Positions 38,409-49,510 of a stretch of 64,000 nucleotides of DNA are shown piece by piece. The stretch lies in the IMG/VR virus record IMGVR_UViG_3300031867_000012; one strand, written 5' to 3'. The translations under genes and the position numbers were made by a program. Under the pieces are notes generated by a model, which saw only the letters and a list, made by a program, of their open reading frames with translations, was not told the DNA's origin and did not search any database. The stretch comes from an uncultured virus (IMG/VR IMGVR_UViG_3300031867_000012) (lineage: Duplodnaviria > Heunggongvirae > Uroviricota > Caudoviricetes). Each line of letters starts with the position of its first letter. The first letter of the stretch is position 1.

Positions 38409-38838
38409 ATCTTTCTACATTATTTTGTATCATTCTACTCATATTAATAACTAACACACTATAATCCAAATTTATAAAATATGTATGTACTAATGTTTCA
38501 CCATCAGATTTTAATCCAACTATCCCATAATAAGGATTTTCTCTATTCAATGTTTGATAAATAAATAATTTTCGATATTTATGATTATATTTTTCATTAA
38601 TATCAAAAATAATACAATTTGTTTTTGATCTTGTAAAATTATCTAATTCAGTTACAATAGGATATTTATGTTGTATATCATTATCACAAAACTTGATATT
38701 TCCATAAGTATAATGATTTATCATATCATTAATTCTTGTACCTGTTATTACTCCAAATAAATTAATCAAATCTTTTTCCTTATAATTATCACAATTAATA
38801 TAAGGCATTTCAAACTTCAATGTATATTCCATATTCAA
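38401..38838 (-). CDS. hypothetical protein
   Basis: 145-aa ORF. Confidence 0.7.
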   Translation of the reverse strand: MNMEYTLKFEMPYINCDNYKEKDLINLFGVITGTRINDMINHYTYGNIKFCDNDIQHKYPIVTELDNFTRSKTNCIIFDINEKYNHKYRKLFIYQTLNRENPYYGIVGLKSDGETLVHTYFINLDYSVLVINMSRMIQNNVERYG

Positions 38839-38847
38839 ATTTTTAAT

Positions 38848-39405
38848 TTAGTATAATACCGATAATATATTATTTAATTTATCCACAATATAATTAGTAT
38901 TATCATTTGTTAATTTTTCTTTAGTTATTAATTCATTTCTAATCCAATTTAAAAATGTTATTCTATTTAATTTTTCTTTATATCTGTCTTTAATTCTATT
39001 ATAAATATCAATTATAATTTCTTCATTATATACTTTAGTATCTTCATAATCAGATTTCATTGAAATTTTATATAATTCAAACATATATTTTACAATTAAT
39101 TCATAAACTATATTTATTGAATCAAATTTTGATAAATCTAAATAATCGAAAATATTAATAATATCTTCTGTATATTCTTCATTATCATTTTCATCATATT
39201 TAAAATAGAAATATGCTAATTGTAAATGTTTATAAGTATCTAAATTTATTCTATCTAAATACTTTTCAATAAATGATTTATCATTCAATATATTTTTTAT
39301 TAAATTACTTGTACCATCCCAATAATATAAAAGTGGTACTTTATTAATTATTTTTTGTTGATTTTCATGAAATATATTTATAGATACTAATGAATCTATA
39401 TACAT
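38848..39405 (-). CDS. hypothetical protein
   Basis: 185-aa ORF. Confidence 0.7.
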   Translation of the reverse strand: MYIDSLVSINIFHENQQKIINKVPLLYYWDGTSNLIKNILNDKSFIEKYLDRINLDTYKHLQLAYFYFKYDENDNEEYTEDIINIFDYLDLSKFDSINIVYELIVKYMFELYKISMKSDYEDTKVYNEEIIIDIYNRIKDRYKEKLNRITFLNWIRNELITKEKLTNDNTNYIVDKLNNILSVLY

Positions 39406-39478
39406 AAATTTGCTAATTTATATTTTATTATAAAATAGTATATAAAACTATTTAATTCATTTATAATCTTATGTTATC

Positions 39479-39517
39479 ATACAATTATAAAATAGGAAAA
39501 CAAAATAAAAAATTCAA
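39479..39517 (-). promoter_or_regulatory. phage promoter motif, copy 6 (N16 variant)
   Basis: TTGAAT-N16-CTATTTTA-TAAT-TGTAT in the divergent intergenic region. Confidence 0.65.
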
Positions 39518-39675
39518 ATAAATTTTATAAAAAATATTTCTATTTTAAAATAAATGTTAAATACCAGAACATAAAATTAATTTTATTGATAAAAAATATT
39601 CTAAAATATATTGTACAAAAAATTAATTTTATATTATTATTTAAAGAAAAACAAAAAAATATATAAAGTTATATA

Positions 39676-40761
39676 ATGGGATATAATGAAAATGATATTG
39701 AACAACAATTAGAAGGTCAAATTCCTGAAGTTTCTGAAGCTAATATTGAAGTTAAACAAACCGAGCAAAAAGTAGAAGCACCTAAAGAGGAATCAATGAT
39801 TGGTAAGAAAATTAATGTTGGTTCAATGATGAAAAGAATTGATGATTCTGAATTTGAAAATTTTGGAAATAAAGGTACATCAAGATTAGGACAATCAATA
39901 CAAGTTAATGCTGATATTAGAGAAGGTTGGATGGAAGTAGATAAAGAACTTATGGGTGAAAGAGCTATGTTCTACCCAGAAGATTGGCAATTTAGAATTC
40001 GTCCAGCAACAGTAGAAGCAATTCGTAACTGGTCAACTATTGATGATGAAAATTATAATTCAGTAGATCGTGTATTTAATGAAGTATTGAAATCATGTTT
40101 TGCTATTGTTACTGCTAATGGGCCAATTCCTTGGTATAATATCAATGCTTGGGATAGATTCTGGTTTATTCTTTTAATTAGAGAATATACATTCGTAAAA
40201 GGAGAAAGTGCAATTGAATATACAGAAGATTGTATTAATTGTGATAATCCTGTTACATTTAAGTTAACATCAGATGCATTACTTTTTGAATTCCCTGATG
40301 AAGAAATTATGCCAATGTTTGATAAAACAACACGTAATTGGGTAATTGATCCTACAGAATATGGGTTAGAAATGGATCCAATCAGATTATACTTGCCAAC
40401 ACTTGAAAAGGATATTAATGTTAAACAATGGGCTATTAATCGTATGCAAGAAAATCCAAATAAAGATATAGATCCTGTTCTTATCAAGTTCTTGCCTTGG
40501 TTTGTACCAAAGATTTCTAAAGATGATACAATTGCTCAACGTCAAATTAAAGAATTTAAACGTAAGTTTGAATCTTGGGATATTGATACATTTAATTTCA
40601 TGAATGATGTAATAACAAATGTAATGGTAACACCTGGAACTAAGCTTATTCAAAAATGTCCTACTTGTGGTGAAGAAGTAACTTCACTTATACGATTTCC
40701 GAATGGACCAAGCTCTCTATTCGCTATTAAGAGTAAATTTAAAAAATTTGGCAAAAAGTAA
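39676..40761 (+). CDS. baseplate hub assembly protein (T4 gp26-like)
   Basis: IRPATVE, D-R-x-W-F-I-L-L-I-R-E-Y-T, two CxxC pairs (CINC, CPTCG). Confidence 0.65.
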   Translation: MGYNENDIEQQLEGQIPEVSEANIEVKQTEQKVEAPKEESMIGKKINVGSMMKRIDDSEFENFGNKGTSRLGQSIQVNADIREGWMEVDKELMGERAMFYPEDWQFRIRPATVEAIRNWSTIDDENYNSVDRVFNEVLKSCFAIVTANGPIPWYNINAWDRFWFILLIREYTFVKGESAIEYTEDCINCDNPVTFKLTSDALLFEFPDEEIMPMFDKTTRNWVIDPTEYGLEMDPIRLYLPTLEKDINVKQWAINRMQENPNKDIDPVLIKFLPWFVPKISKDDTIAQRQIKEFKRKFESWDIDTFNFMNDVITNVMVTPGTKLIQKCPTCGEEVTSLIRFPNGPSSLFAIKSKFKKFGKK

Positions 40762-40999
40762 ACTATATATTTGTAAAGATTGGCATATTCAACCTTCTGA
40801 GATAGATAAGCTTCCTTATTATGAATATGAATGGATGATTGAATACATCAATGAAGATTATAAAGAACAAGAAAAACGTTCAAAGGAAGAACAAAAACAA
40901 TATGATTCAATGAAGAAGGGCATGCCTAATATGAATAATATAATGAAAGGTTATCAACAACCTACATTACCAAAAATTAGTTTACCGAAATTTAATTAA
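40748..40999 (+). CDS. baseplate hub assembly catalyst (T4 gp51-like) / chaperone partner
   Basis: WHIQPSEIDKLPYYEYEWMIEYI pattern; start uncertain (TTG 40748 or ATG 40703, both inside the upstream gene). Confidence 0.6.
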   Translation: MAKSKLYICKDWHIQPSEIDKLPYYEYEWMIEYINEDYKEQEKRSKEEQKQYDSMKKGMPNMNNIMKGYQQPTLPKISLPKFN

Positions 41000-41000
41000 A

Positions 41001-41036
41001 TAAAATGGGTAGCTCTCAGAGCTACCCATATATTTT
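41001..41036. terminator. bidirectional terminator
   Basis: ATGGGTAGCTC-TCA-GAGCTACCCAT (41005-41029) between convergent genes. Confidence 0.8.
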
Positions 41037-42468
41037 AGAATATATCTAATGGTTTTGTGAATATATCTTTAATTTTTCCTTTTGTTTTATTCCATTTATC
41101 TCCCCAATTAGTTTCATCATAATCTTCTGCAATATTTCCAAGATATTCAGGATTATTAACATTAATCAAACTATCTTGTATAACCATTTCTGAAAAGTCT
41201 ATCAAACCTTTATATGCTTCATCATCTTTATCAAAAAATGAATTATAAATAGATTTTTGAATAGCCGCTATTCTTTCTTCATTAGTATTTTTATTATTTA
41301 GATTAGTATTATATTTTTTATTAATACCTAAATTTAATAAATTTTGGTGTGCTCCTTTAAATTCCCAAGCATTTTTATCATATAATATACCATTTGTACC
41401 ATAAAGCATTTGAGTCCATTCATTAAAAGTGTGCTTATAACATCTATCATATTTGATTTTTATATATCCTAATCCTTGTTTATTAAATTGTGAATTATTC
41501 AAATTACTTGGTACATAACTTTCAAATGATATTGGATCTATTTCACAATTTTTTAAAGTATACATTTGGAAAGATAACATATTATCTACTCCATTATTTG
41601 ACCCATTAATATTTTTGAAATCAAATGTATTAATTGATGAACCAGCCATTAAACCAGCAATTTTATTAATACCTGATATAGCTTTATTTAATACTGTTGA
41701 ACCATTATGGCCAAGTTGTCCTATCTTACTTGTTTTAGCAGAAGCTAACATAGCGGTTTGGAAATATTTTATAGGGGCATTCATAATGACTATAGACATA
41801 TCAAACTTTCTTAAATTTTCCGGTAATATTTCTTTTTGATTTATTTCATCATAACATGCATAACGATACATATCTAATAAAGTATTAAGACGCATATCTA
41901 TTGAATCACCATTACAAACTAAATCAATTGATTTTTCTTTTGTTAATTCATTTAAATCTAAAGCATTTAATTTATTAGCATTATTAATACCCATAAAAAA
42001 CCACGGACTTATAGAATTAATATATGAAAGAGTATATGCAAATCTTGCTAAGGCCAACATTCTATCTTGAATTTTTGAATTTGCATAGAAATTACGTATG
42101 CCATATAAATATCTCAAAGCCGATGTATTTGGTATTTCATTAGTCATTATTCCACCAAATAACCCTTTTGTATCTTTAAAATTAAAAAATATCTTGAAAT
42201 AAAACCAACCAGGTTCACCGGCTAAATTATGCACACCCTTTTGCCATAAAGCACGTTCATTAATAAAATCAGCAACACCATATTGTGGAAGAATAAAATC
42301 AAGATTTGATACATTTAAATTTTTATTATAAAAATCTTTACCTAATAATGATTTAAAATGATTTTCAAAATTAACTTTGGTAGTTTCATTAATATCAAGT
42401 GCAGCAATACTATCTTCATCTTCAGTATATAAATTTCTTTCAATTAATCCTTCATACTTATCCGCCAT
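41035..42468 (-). CDS. putative tail/baseplate structural protein (tube-like)
   Basis: Baseplate context; ILPENLRKFDMSI...YTLKNCEID; assignment tentative. Confidence 0.4.
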   Translation of the reverse strand: MADKYEGLIERNLYTEDEDSIAALDINETTKVNFENHFKSLLGKDFYNKNLNVSNLDFILPQYGVADFINERALWQKGVHNLAGEPGWFYFKIFFNFKDTKGLFGGIMTNEIPNTSALRYLYGIRNFYANSKIQDRMLALARFAYTLSYINSISPWFFMGINNANKLNALDLNELTKEKSIDLVCNGDSIDMRLNTLLDMYRYACYDEINQKEILPENLRKFDMSIVIMNAPIKYFQTAMLASAKTSKIGQLGHNGSTVLNKAISGINKIAGLMAGSSINTFDFKNINGSNNGVDNMLSFQMYTLKNCEIDPISFESYVPSNLNNSQFNKQGLGYIKIKYDRCYKHTFNEWTQMLYGTNGILYDKNAWEFKGAHQNLLNLGINKKYNTNLNNKNTNEERIAAIQKSIYNSFFDKDDEAYKGLIDFSEMVIQDSLINVNNPEYLGNIAEDYDETNWGDKWNKTKGKIKDIFTKPLDIF

Positions 42469-42952
42469 AATAAAGTGATGTAAATGTATTTTTTAGTTGT
42501 GGGTAATAATCTTTATTCTTATCTAATTTATCAAATTTAACAAAGAATTTTTTATTTGTGAATTTATTTTTAAATTGTACTCTACCATTCACATAATCAA
42601 TAAATTCTACTTCAATATGTTTTTTATCATCATCATTAATTAATAATTCTTTGAATACACTATTATCTTCATATTTATTAAGGTTTTTTACATAGTTTTT
42701 ATTCCAAAATTGTGATAATTCTTTATTTGTAACATATTGTATTTTATCATTATACATTAATATAGCAGATGATGGTTGTAATATATCATCTTTATTTGGT
42801 TGATCAATTATCTTAGTATTTTCTTTATCTATATTATATTCATTACAATATGAAGTAATAGCATCATCGAATAATTTTGAATGTGATTCTTCAGAATTAC
42901 TATAAATGACATCATAGATATTTAAAGGAATATTATTATTGTATAGTTTCAT
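42458..42952 (-). CDS. hypothetical protein
   Basis: 164-aa ORF coupled to neighbours. Confidence 0.7.
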   Translation of the reverse strand: MKLYNNNIPLNIYDVIYSNSEESHSKLFDDAITSYCNEYNIDKENTKIIDQPNKDDILQPSSAILMYNDKIQYVTNKELSQFWNKNYVKNLNKYEDNSVFKELLINDDDKKHIEVEFIDYVNGRVQFKNKFTNKKFFVKFDKLDKNKDYYPQLKNTFTSLYYGG

Positions 42953-42953
42953 A

Positions 42954-44393
42954 TTATGATTCCAATACTGGATTATCCAATTTATTTAATGGTTTATTAT
43001 CAATACTCTTTTTAATTAAATAGAGATATTGTTTAATTTTATGTTCTTCAGTTACATATTCAAATTCCATACTATCAATATAATACATACCAGATAGATA
43101 TGGATTAAGTTTGCCATCGATTGTTTCTTCTATATCATCATTATTATAGAAAGTTTTAATAACATTAGAATTATATTCTTTAAACATAATATTTACCAAT
43201 GTTCCTCTTTCTAATCCTAAATTATATCTTTCTAATTCAATTTTTAATCTTTTTGCTCTAATTTTTTCAAAATATCTTTGATTAATCTTTTTCTTTGGTA
43301 ATATAGGTGTTTCAGAAAATTCTATTCCTAAAAATTCAGTTTTTCCAAATTCATATTCTTTAGAAAAATTTACTCCTTCTGTTGAATTTTCTATTATTTG
43401 TAATTGTTCTTGTTCGATTGTATTATCTTCACAAGGAGAAGTCATATACCAATTAGTATTCAATGAACCATTTTCATAGATTTTCTTGTTATCAATAATA
43501 GTTTCAAATTTCTTAAAATGTAAGTTTGTATTTGTAGTATCAGTTAAATTATTTGTTAATGTACGTTGGGCTTGGATTGCTTTTGGTTCTGAATTTTCCT
43601 CATTAATTACATTTTCTCCTCCATAAACTGTATATATCGTCAATTGTTGTGGTTCTACTTTTTCATTTAATACATAATATACATTTACCATTACAATATA
43701 TCCAAAAATATCAATCCAAGCATCAAATATAGATTCTTCATCTAACCCACTAAATGATAATTGTTCTTTAATATAATCTATATAAGTCATTGAACTAATT
43801 AATCTATAACTTTCATCTTTAACATCTTCACATTTTTTAGTAGAAGCAAAACCTAATTTATTCTCTTTAGCTATTTCAGAAAGCATATTATATGTATTAA
43901 GTTTGCCTTTACCAATTTGTTTCATCATATGGGTATTTAAAGACTGCATCTTAAATACCCCATCATAAGCAATATATTCATCATATATCTTAAAATCAGT
44001 AATATAGAATAATAAGGATAACTTTTTATAATAACCATTAATTTGGCAAGTAATAACTACATTAATTTCATTATCAAATCCTGGGGTATCACAAATCTTA
44101 ATGACATTTTCAGTATCTTTTATAGATAAATGTATTGTTGGGAAAAAACTATTATAATAAATAATTACTTGATCTATTTGTGCATCGGTTAAAACAATAT
44201 TATTTAATCTAACTATTGGAATATTTATAGCATCATCTTTAAGTGAATTATATGTACTATTTGATGATGTTTTGTTTGCATCATCAAATTCTTTCATTAC
44301 AAATTTTCCTCCAAATTGTGGATCAAACTTTACTTCAGGATCTGTAGGATTATATGGTTCTTTAATAATTTTTATAGTTGCCTCTGTTGCCAT
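42954..44393 (-). CDS. putative baseplate hub protein (gp27/GpD-like)
   Basis: Follows the gp53-like gene; LGFAS, WIDIFGYI, C-terminal NPYLSGMYYIDSMEFEY typical of hub proteins. Confidence 0.5.
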   Translation of the reverse strand: MATEATIKIIKEPYNPTDPEVKFDPQFGGKFVMKEFDDANKTSSNSTYNSLKDDAINIPIVRLNNIVLTDAQIDQVIIYYNSFFPTIHLSIKDTENVIKICDTPGFDNEINVVITCQINGYYKKLSLLFYITDFKIYDEYIAYDGVFKMQSLNTHMMKQIGKGKLNTYNMLSEIAKENKLGFASTKKCEDVKDESYRLISSMTYIDYIKEQLSFSGLDEESIFDAWIDIFGYIVMVNVYYVLNEKVEPQQLTIYTVYGGENVINEENSEPKAIQAQRTLTNNLTDTTNTNLHFKKFETIIDNKKIYENGSLNTNWYMTSPCEDNTIEQEQLQIIENSTEGVNFSKEYEFGKTEFLGIEFSETPILPKKKINQRYFEKIRAKRLKIELERYNLGLERGTLVNIMFKEYNSNVIKTFYNNDDIEETIDGKLNPYLSGMYYIDSMEFEYVTEEHKIKQYLYLIKKSIDNKPLNKLDNPVLES

Positions 44394-44395
44394 AT

Positions 44396-44863
44396 TTAAT
44401 AGAATACTACTCCAAGTGATTTATCTATAATATAGTTTGTATCTCCAACTAATTGTTGACTTGGACTACGTTTTTCATTTTTTTGTTTTTGTGCACCAAT
44501 TATATTATTATGTGCAATAAGATTATCATCTTCAATTTTTTCAGTAGTTTTATTTCTACCTTTTCTATCTATAATATAATTTATATATTCCATTGTAGGA
44601 ATAAATATAATCATATTTTCATTCAATTCAAATGGATTGGAGATACCATTTAACTTACAAATAATATCTCCATATTTATCTTCTCCATAACATGCTAATG
44701 ATATTAAGTCAGGACGTGCTACATAATATTCATTAACTTGAATAAAATGCCCACGATAACTACCATCGTCAACATAATTTAATGTTTTATATAATAAATC
44801 TATACCATTTTCGTTATCAATTTCTATGGATGGTTTATTATTTAACAAATTATAATCTAACAT
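44396..44863 (-). CDS. baseplate wedge protein (T4 gp53/LysM-like)
   Basis: ARPDLISLACYG...IICKLNGISNPFEL...IFIP. Confidence 0.8.
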   Translation of the reverse strand: MLDYNLLNNKPSIEIDNENGIDLLYKTLNYVDDGSYRGHFIQVNEYYVARPDLISLACYGEDKYGDIICKLNGISNPFELNENMIIFIPTMEYINYIIDRKGRNKTTEKIEDDNLIAHNNIIGAQKQKNEKRSPSQQLVGDTNYIIDKSLGVVFY

Positions 44864-44871
44864 ATTATATA

Positions 44872-47800
44872 TTAGTTTTCATAATAAATTTCATAAAATG
44901 ATAAATTAGATATGAAATCTTCTTCATCATTCTTTAAGAATAATCTTAATTGTAATTCATAAGATTCTTTACATGATGTGTTAGCATTAGGAGCTATAGA
45001 AGTAATTGTCCAAACACCATCTTCTAATTTAACTTCATATACATCTTCATATCTAAATTCAAAGAATTCATATTCCTTTTCATTATATGTAACTGTTGAA
45101 TATAATTCAGGTAATTGATTTCCATTATCTTGTATCTTTTCACGAATGATAGGACAAATAAATGTATTTGTACGAGATGTACCACTAGTTGCACCATTAT
45201 AATTCTTTGAACCATTGAAATTACCGTGTTGTATATGGTAATACATTATATTGAATGAATCATCATCACCGAAATTACTTAAATATTGTGAATTACTTAT
45301 TGAATCACCACCAAATTGAAGAGTATAATATGAAGTATTAGTATATATACCTTGTATTTCATTATCTAATATTTCACCAGAAGAATTCAATTTAAACTTA
45401 TTACAAATAATGTTTTGTATAGCTAATTTATTAATATCTGATAAACGATATATATCATAATCATATAATGTAGAAGAGAATTCAACAACATCATCATTTC
45501 TTTCATTTTGTTTAAAGAATATTGGATAAGGTATTAATGCTTGTTTTTTACTTGATTCTGAATCAGGTGGAGTTAACTTTTCAAATATTTGACCACTTTG
45601 CAAAGTATTTATATAAGTGTTTTCATAATGACTATTATGATTACTTCCTAATGATGGTCGTGATGTATTTGCAAATATTTCATTAACTATATGTGTATGA
45701 TAATTATCATCATAATAGAAATAACTTCCGGATGGATATAAATCTACTGCATCAGATGATGGTACTACCTTTATGAAATCTGACAAGTAATATTTAGAAT
45801 TCTTTGCAACATAAATCCATTTATCTTCAATACCTGAAACACTAATTACGTTTGTTTGTATCTCTGAACGTAATATATTAAATTTCATAACCGCCTCATT
45901 AGATTCATAATAATATGGGTTAGACTTTACTGTATTATTAAATAACTTTAATGACATTGTAATTGGGTGATAATTACTTGTATCATTCCAACAATCCATA
46001 TACATCTTATATTTTGTCTTTTCAACATCATCATTAATATCAGGAACTATTCCACTAGGTATTGTATTTTGTGGTGGGAAGAATGTTGATGAATTAATAT
46101 ATGCATATGCTATTGGTAGATAGTATGTAAACTTAGGAGGATTAACACTATCATAATTTAAATTACATTGTACTGTATATGTAGTTTTACATATATCGAT
46201 TGGTAAAGTCTTAATGATATAACTCCCTTCATCAAGAACTATTCCACTATTAAAATTATTGTTATTTTCTTCCCAAACATATTCAGATGAATCTTCATTA
46301 TTATGTGCACAAATATATGTTAATTGGGCATCATCAACTAATTTAATTTTCAATTGTTCATTAATTGATTTATTATCTATTTCAGAAGCAACAGATATTA
46401 AATCAAATTCTCCCCATATCGTTTTTCTAAGTTGTTCATCTGTACCTATATTGATATTATCTGGTACTGTATTATTATTTCCATGTAATCTATATTTTCT
46501 ACTAAATCCATTTAAATTAAAGAAATATAAATGGTTTGTGTAATATTCTACATTATTAACATTTGTGCTCTTAAGAATAACTGGGATAGATGAATTATCA
46601 TATCTTAATTGTGCAGCAGCAAATCCTCTATTATTCTTAGGTATATATTCTTCAGTATACCAACCACCAAGTAAATTTATAAAATTATATCTTGGGTGAT
46701 AGGTGAATTCAAAACAAGTATTATTGAATACATTATCATATGATCTTTGTAATTGTAAGTCATCTAATGAAGTAATATCTGAACCAGACATTATTTTACA
46801 AAGATTTGGTATTTTACTTAAATCTGAATTATCATATTTTCTAAATGTTTTTTCATATATTTTAGATAATGTGATTTTTTCTGATCCTGAATTATATGTA
46901 TATTCAATATTACTATAATTAGAATATTCTAATTTAACTGCTTGATATGTATAATAATTTATAGTAGGATTATATATTCTATTAATATTAATAGGAATAA
47001 CACATTCTGTTGCTTTAACTTTTGATGTTTCGTCAATATGGAATCTTAGATTCAATTTTACTTCTTCTACATCATCGGCTAAAGTATGATTAAATGTGTA
47101 TGTATTATAAGATGTTAATACTAATTCATTATTATTGATTATATTATTAATTTCTGTATTAACAACATCAGATGATATTGATTGGTTAATTAATTCATCA
47201 TGGTCAATTGTTACATTTAATCTATATGGATTATCATATTTCATCCATGTATGTTTATATAATCCACTTTTTGCATCTGTTGATGTATAATTATTTTTTT
47301 TACTTATAAATGAATCTCTATTAAATTGTTCAAATTTTCTATTAAATAATCCTGAACTTTCAACATCAGTTAATTCATAATATTTACTTGCTTCTTCATT
47401 AGTAGTTACATTTTCAGGATGATATAGCATAATATCTTTATATTCATCATCTAATTTTATATCAAGTGGATTACCAGTTGGAGTAGAATCTAATGCAATA
47501 TATGTTGCATCAAATTTAAAAGTAATATCTTGACTATCAGGAATATTATATCTAAAATAATTATATGCTAATGATGTAGATTGTAATGGGTCATTTTCTG
47601 CTTCAATATGTACTAATTCACCATTCTTATCAAATCTTGTAATATCACATGCTAAATTATTATTATTTTTGTAATAATATATTAAGATAGATTTTGAACT
47701 AGATGAAAACTTTTTAGAATTAGGTGTTACTACTTCTAATGTAGAGAAAAATTCATCTGTCAATACATAGAATTTAGGTGATATATATGTTTGACCATTG

Positions 47801-49194
47801 ATTGAACTGGTATGAACTTGATCATCTAATGCATTATTATCAAAATCATAGAATTCATATGATGGTAAAGTATTTATATTAGCAATTTTATTCTTTATTT
47901 CATCAACATTTGATTTATCTGATCCTTCATAACTATATGCAATAATTATTTTCTTATTAACATTATTGATATAATATATAAAATAAGGATTCTTTATATT
48001 ATTATCATTTGATAAATTTAATCGTTCAGAATTTAAGAATTCAAGATATAACTTAGAATATTCATTATTAGCAGAATCAGATTTGAAATATGTTTCATTT
48101 TTAAATCTTTTATTTTCAAAATCTATTAATTCATTTGCAATAGTATAAACATTACGATCACTAATAAATGTATCAATTCTAGATCCAGGATATATCTTTA
48201 ATTCATTACCTATTTTATAAGTATATATTTGTTGTAAAGTACCATTAATATTTTGAGAAAGAGTTGATACATATTCCCCAATAAGTTTACTTTGAGGTAA
48301 TATATTCATCAATATGATATTTTTTCCAGATGTATCAATAATTTTTCTATCAAATGTTAAATTATCTAAATCATCTGCAATTTTATAGAAATTTGTTACG
48401 ATACCGAAATTATTCTCTATATTATTATTTAATGAAGTATAATATTTAAAAGGATCAAGATATGTAATCATTTTAGTTCTTTCCGTACGGCTAGAATTGA
48501 TTTGGAAGTCTTGTACAACCAATTGATTAGAACTATGAATTAATACATTATCTGCCACATCTTTTGTAAACCATATTTCTACACCTTCATTAACACTATA
48601 TTTAAGTTTATATAATTCATTCCAAAGATTATCACAAGCACATAATAAGTAATCTACAACATTCAATAATTCAAAAGCATTATTGATATGAATAGGTTTA
48701 TCGCCCCATCTACGATTTCTATCAAAACTACCCCAATTAAATTCTCTACTAATAGCTGAATTTGGTAATATTACATTATCAAAATCAATATCTTTAGCAG
48801 ATATTAATTTATAATTATGTGTACCATTAATATTTGATACCATATCTGGTAATTCTATACCTTTCTTAATATTTGATCTAAAATATGCATATGTTAAATC
48901 ATCATTAGGGTCAGCATTAACAAATTGATTATGATATTCAGTATCTATACCAATATAGCTACCATTTTCACCATAATCATCTATAATATATTTATTAATA
49001 ACTCCCTGAATAAATCTTTTTTCTTGTGCATCATAATCTAATTTTTCTTGTTGAGACATAGAATTATATTCAGTAGGGTTACGTCTTTTAAAAGTATTTT
49101 CAATACCATATAATTTTGTTAACTCATTACCTGTTGGTTGGTTAAAATATAGTGTATCTATAATATTATATGTGAAATAATTGGTTTGTGACAT
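44872..49194 (-). CDS. large putative virion protein (1440 aa)
   Basis: Long Asn-rich ORF in the baseplate block; N-terminal SAKDIDF domain shared with the adjacent gene. Confidence 0.6.
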   Translation of the reverse strand: MSQTNYFTYNIIDTLYFNQPTGNELTKLYGIENTFKRRNPTEYNSMSQQEKLDYDAQEKRFIQGVINKYIIDDYGENGSYIGIDTEYHNQFVNADPNDDLTYAYFRSNIKKGIELPDMVSNINGTHNYKLISAKDIDFDNVILPNSAISREFNWGSFDRNRRWGDKPIHINNAFELLNVVDYLLCACDNLWNELYKLKYSVNEGVEIWFTKDVADNVLIHSSNQLVVQDFQINSSRTERTKMITYLDPFKYYTSLNNNIENNFGIVTNFYKIADDLDNLTFDRKIIDTSGKNIILMNILPQSKLIGEYVSTLSQNINGTLQQIYTYKIGNELKIYPGSRIDTFISDRNVYTIANELIDFENKRFKNETYFKSDSANNEYSKLYLEFLNSERLNLSNDNNIKNPYFIYYINNVNKKIIIAYSYEGSDKSNVDEIKNKIANINTLPSYEFYDFDNNALDDQVHTSSINGQTYISPKFYVLTDEFFSTLEVVTPNSKKFSSSSKSILIYYYKNNNNLACDITRFDKNGELVHIEAENDPLQSTSLAYNYFRYNIPDSQDITFKFDATYIALDSTPTGNPLDIKLDDEYKDIMLYHPENVTTNEEASKYYELTDVESSGLFNRKFEQFNRDSFISKKNNYTSTDAKSGLYKHTWMKYDNPYRLNVTIDHDELINQSISSDVVNTEINNIINNNELVLTSYNTYTFNHTLADDVEEVKLNLRFHIDETSKVKATECVIPININRIYNPTINYYTYQAVKLEYSNYSNIEYTYNSGSEKITLSKIYEKTFRKYDNSDLSKIPNLCKIMSGSDITSLDDLQLQRSYDNVFNNTCFEFTYHPRYNFINLLGGWYTEEYIPKNNRGFAAAQLRYDNSSIPVILKSTNVNNVEYYTNHLYFFNLNGFSRKYRLHGNNNTVPDNINIGTDEQLRKTIWGEFDLISVASEIDNKSINEQLKIKLVDDAQLTYICAHNNEDSSEYVWEENNNNFNSGIVLDEGSYIIKTLPIDICKTTYTVQCNLNYDSVNPPKFTYYLPIAYAYINSSTFFPPQNTIPSGIVPDINDDVEKTKYKMYMDCWNDTSNYHPITMSLKLFNNTVKSNPYYYESNEAVMKFNILRSEIQTNVISVSGIEDKWIYVAKNSKYYLSDFIKVVPSSDAVDLYPSGSYFYYDDNYHTHIVNEIFANTSRPSLGSNHNSHYENTYINTLQSGQIFEKLTPPDSESSKKQALIPYPIFFKQNERNDDVVEFSSTLYDYDIYRLSDINKLAIQNIICNKFKLNSSGEILDNEIQGIYTNTSYYTLQFGGDSISNSQYLSNFGDDDSFNIMYYHIQHGNFNGSKNYNGATSGTSRTNTFICPIIREKIQDNGNQLPELYSTVTYNEKEYEFFEFRYEDVYEVKLEDGVWTITSIAPNANTSCKESYELQLRLFLKNDEEDFISNLSFYEIYYEN

Positions 49195-49510
49195 AAATTA
49201 TATAAATATTAATTTGCAATATTTTTTTGTTCTTTAATAACACTAATTAAAAAATTTAAACAATTAACTCTGTTTAATAAATAATCTATAGTATTTAATA
49301 AATCATAAGTATGATTAATATATGATGTAACACCTCTACCAAATGAATATGTATAACCTGTAGTACATTCTTCTATTTCTAAATTACTATTTTCATCTAT
49401 ACTTAATTGATAATATGAAATCGGCTCATCATAATCATATGAAGGTTGTGCATATTTCAAATAGGCATTTTCAAAATCTATATCTTTAGCAGACATTAAT
49501 TTATAATTAT
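48779..49510. repeat. 40-nt near-identical direct repeat (48779-48818 and 49471-49510)
   Basis: tcaaaatc(a/t)atatctttagcaga(t/c)attaatttataattat, 2 mismatches; encodes NYKL(I/M)SAKDIDF in two adjacent genes. Confidence 0.8.

Noticed and set aside
39406..39675. Replication origin in the longest AT-rich intergenic region
   Set aside because: Explained by divergent promoters; no iterons seen and AT content is not distinctive here
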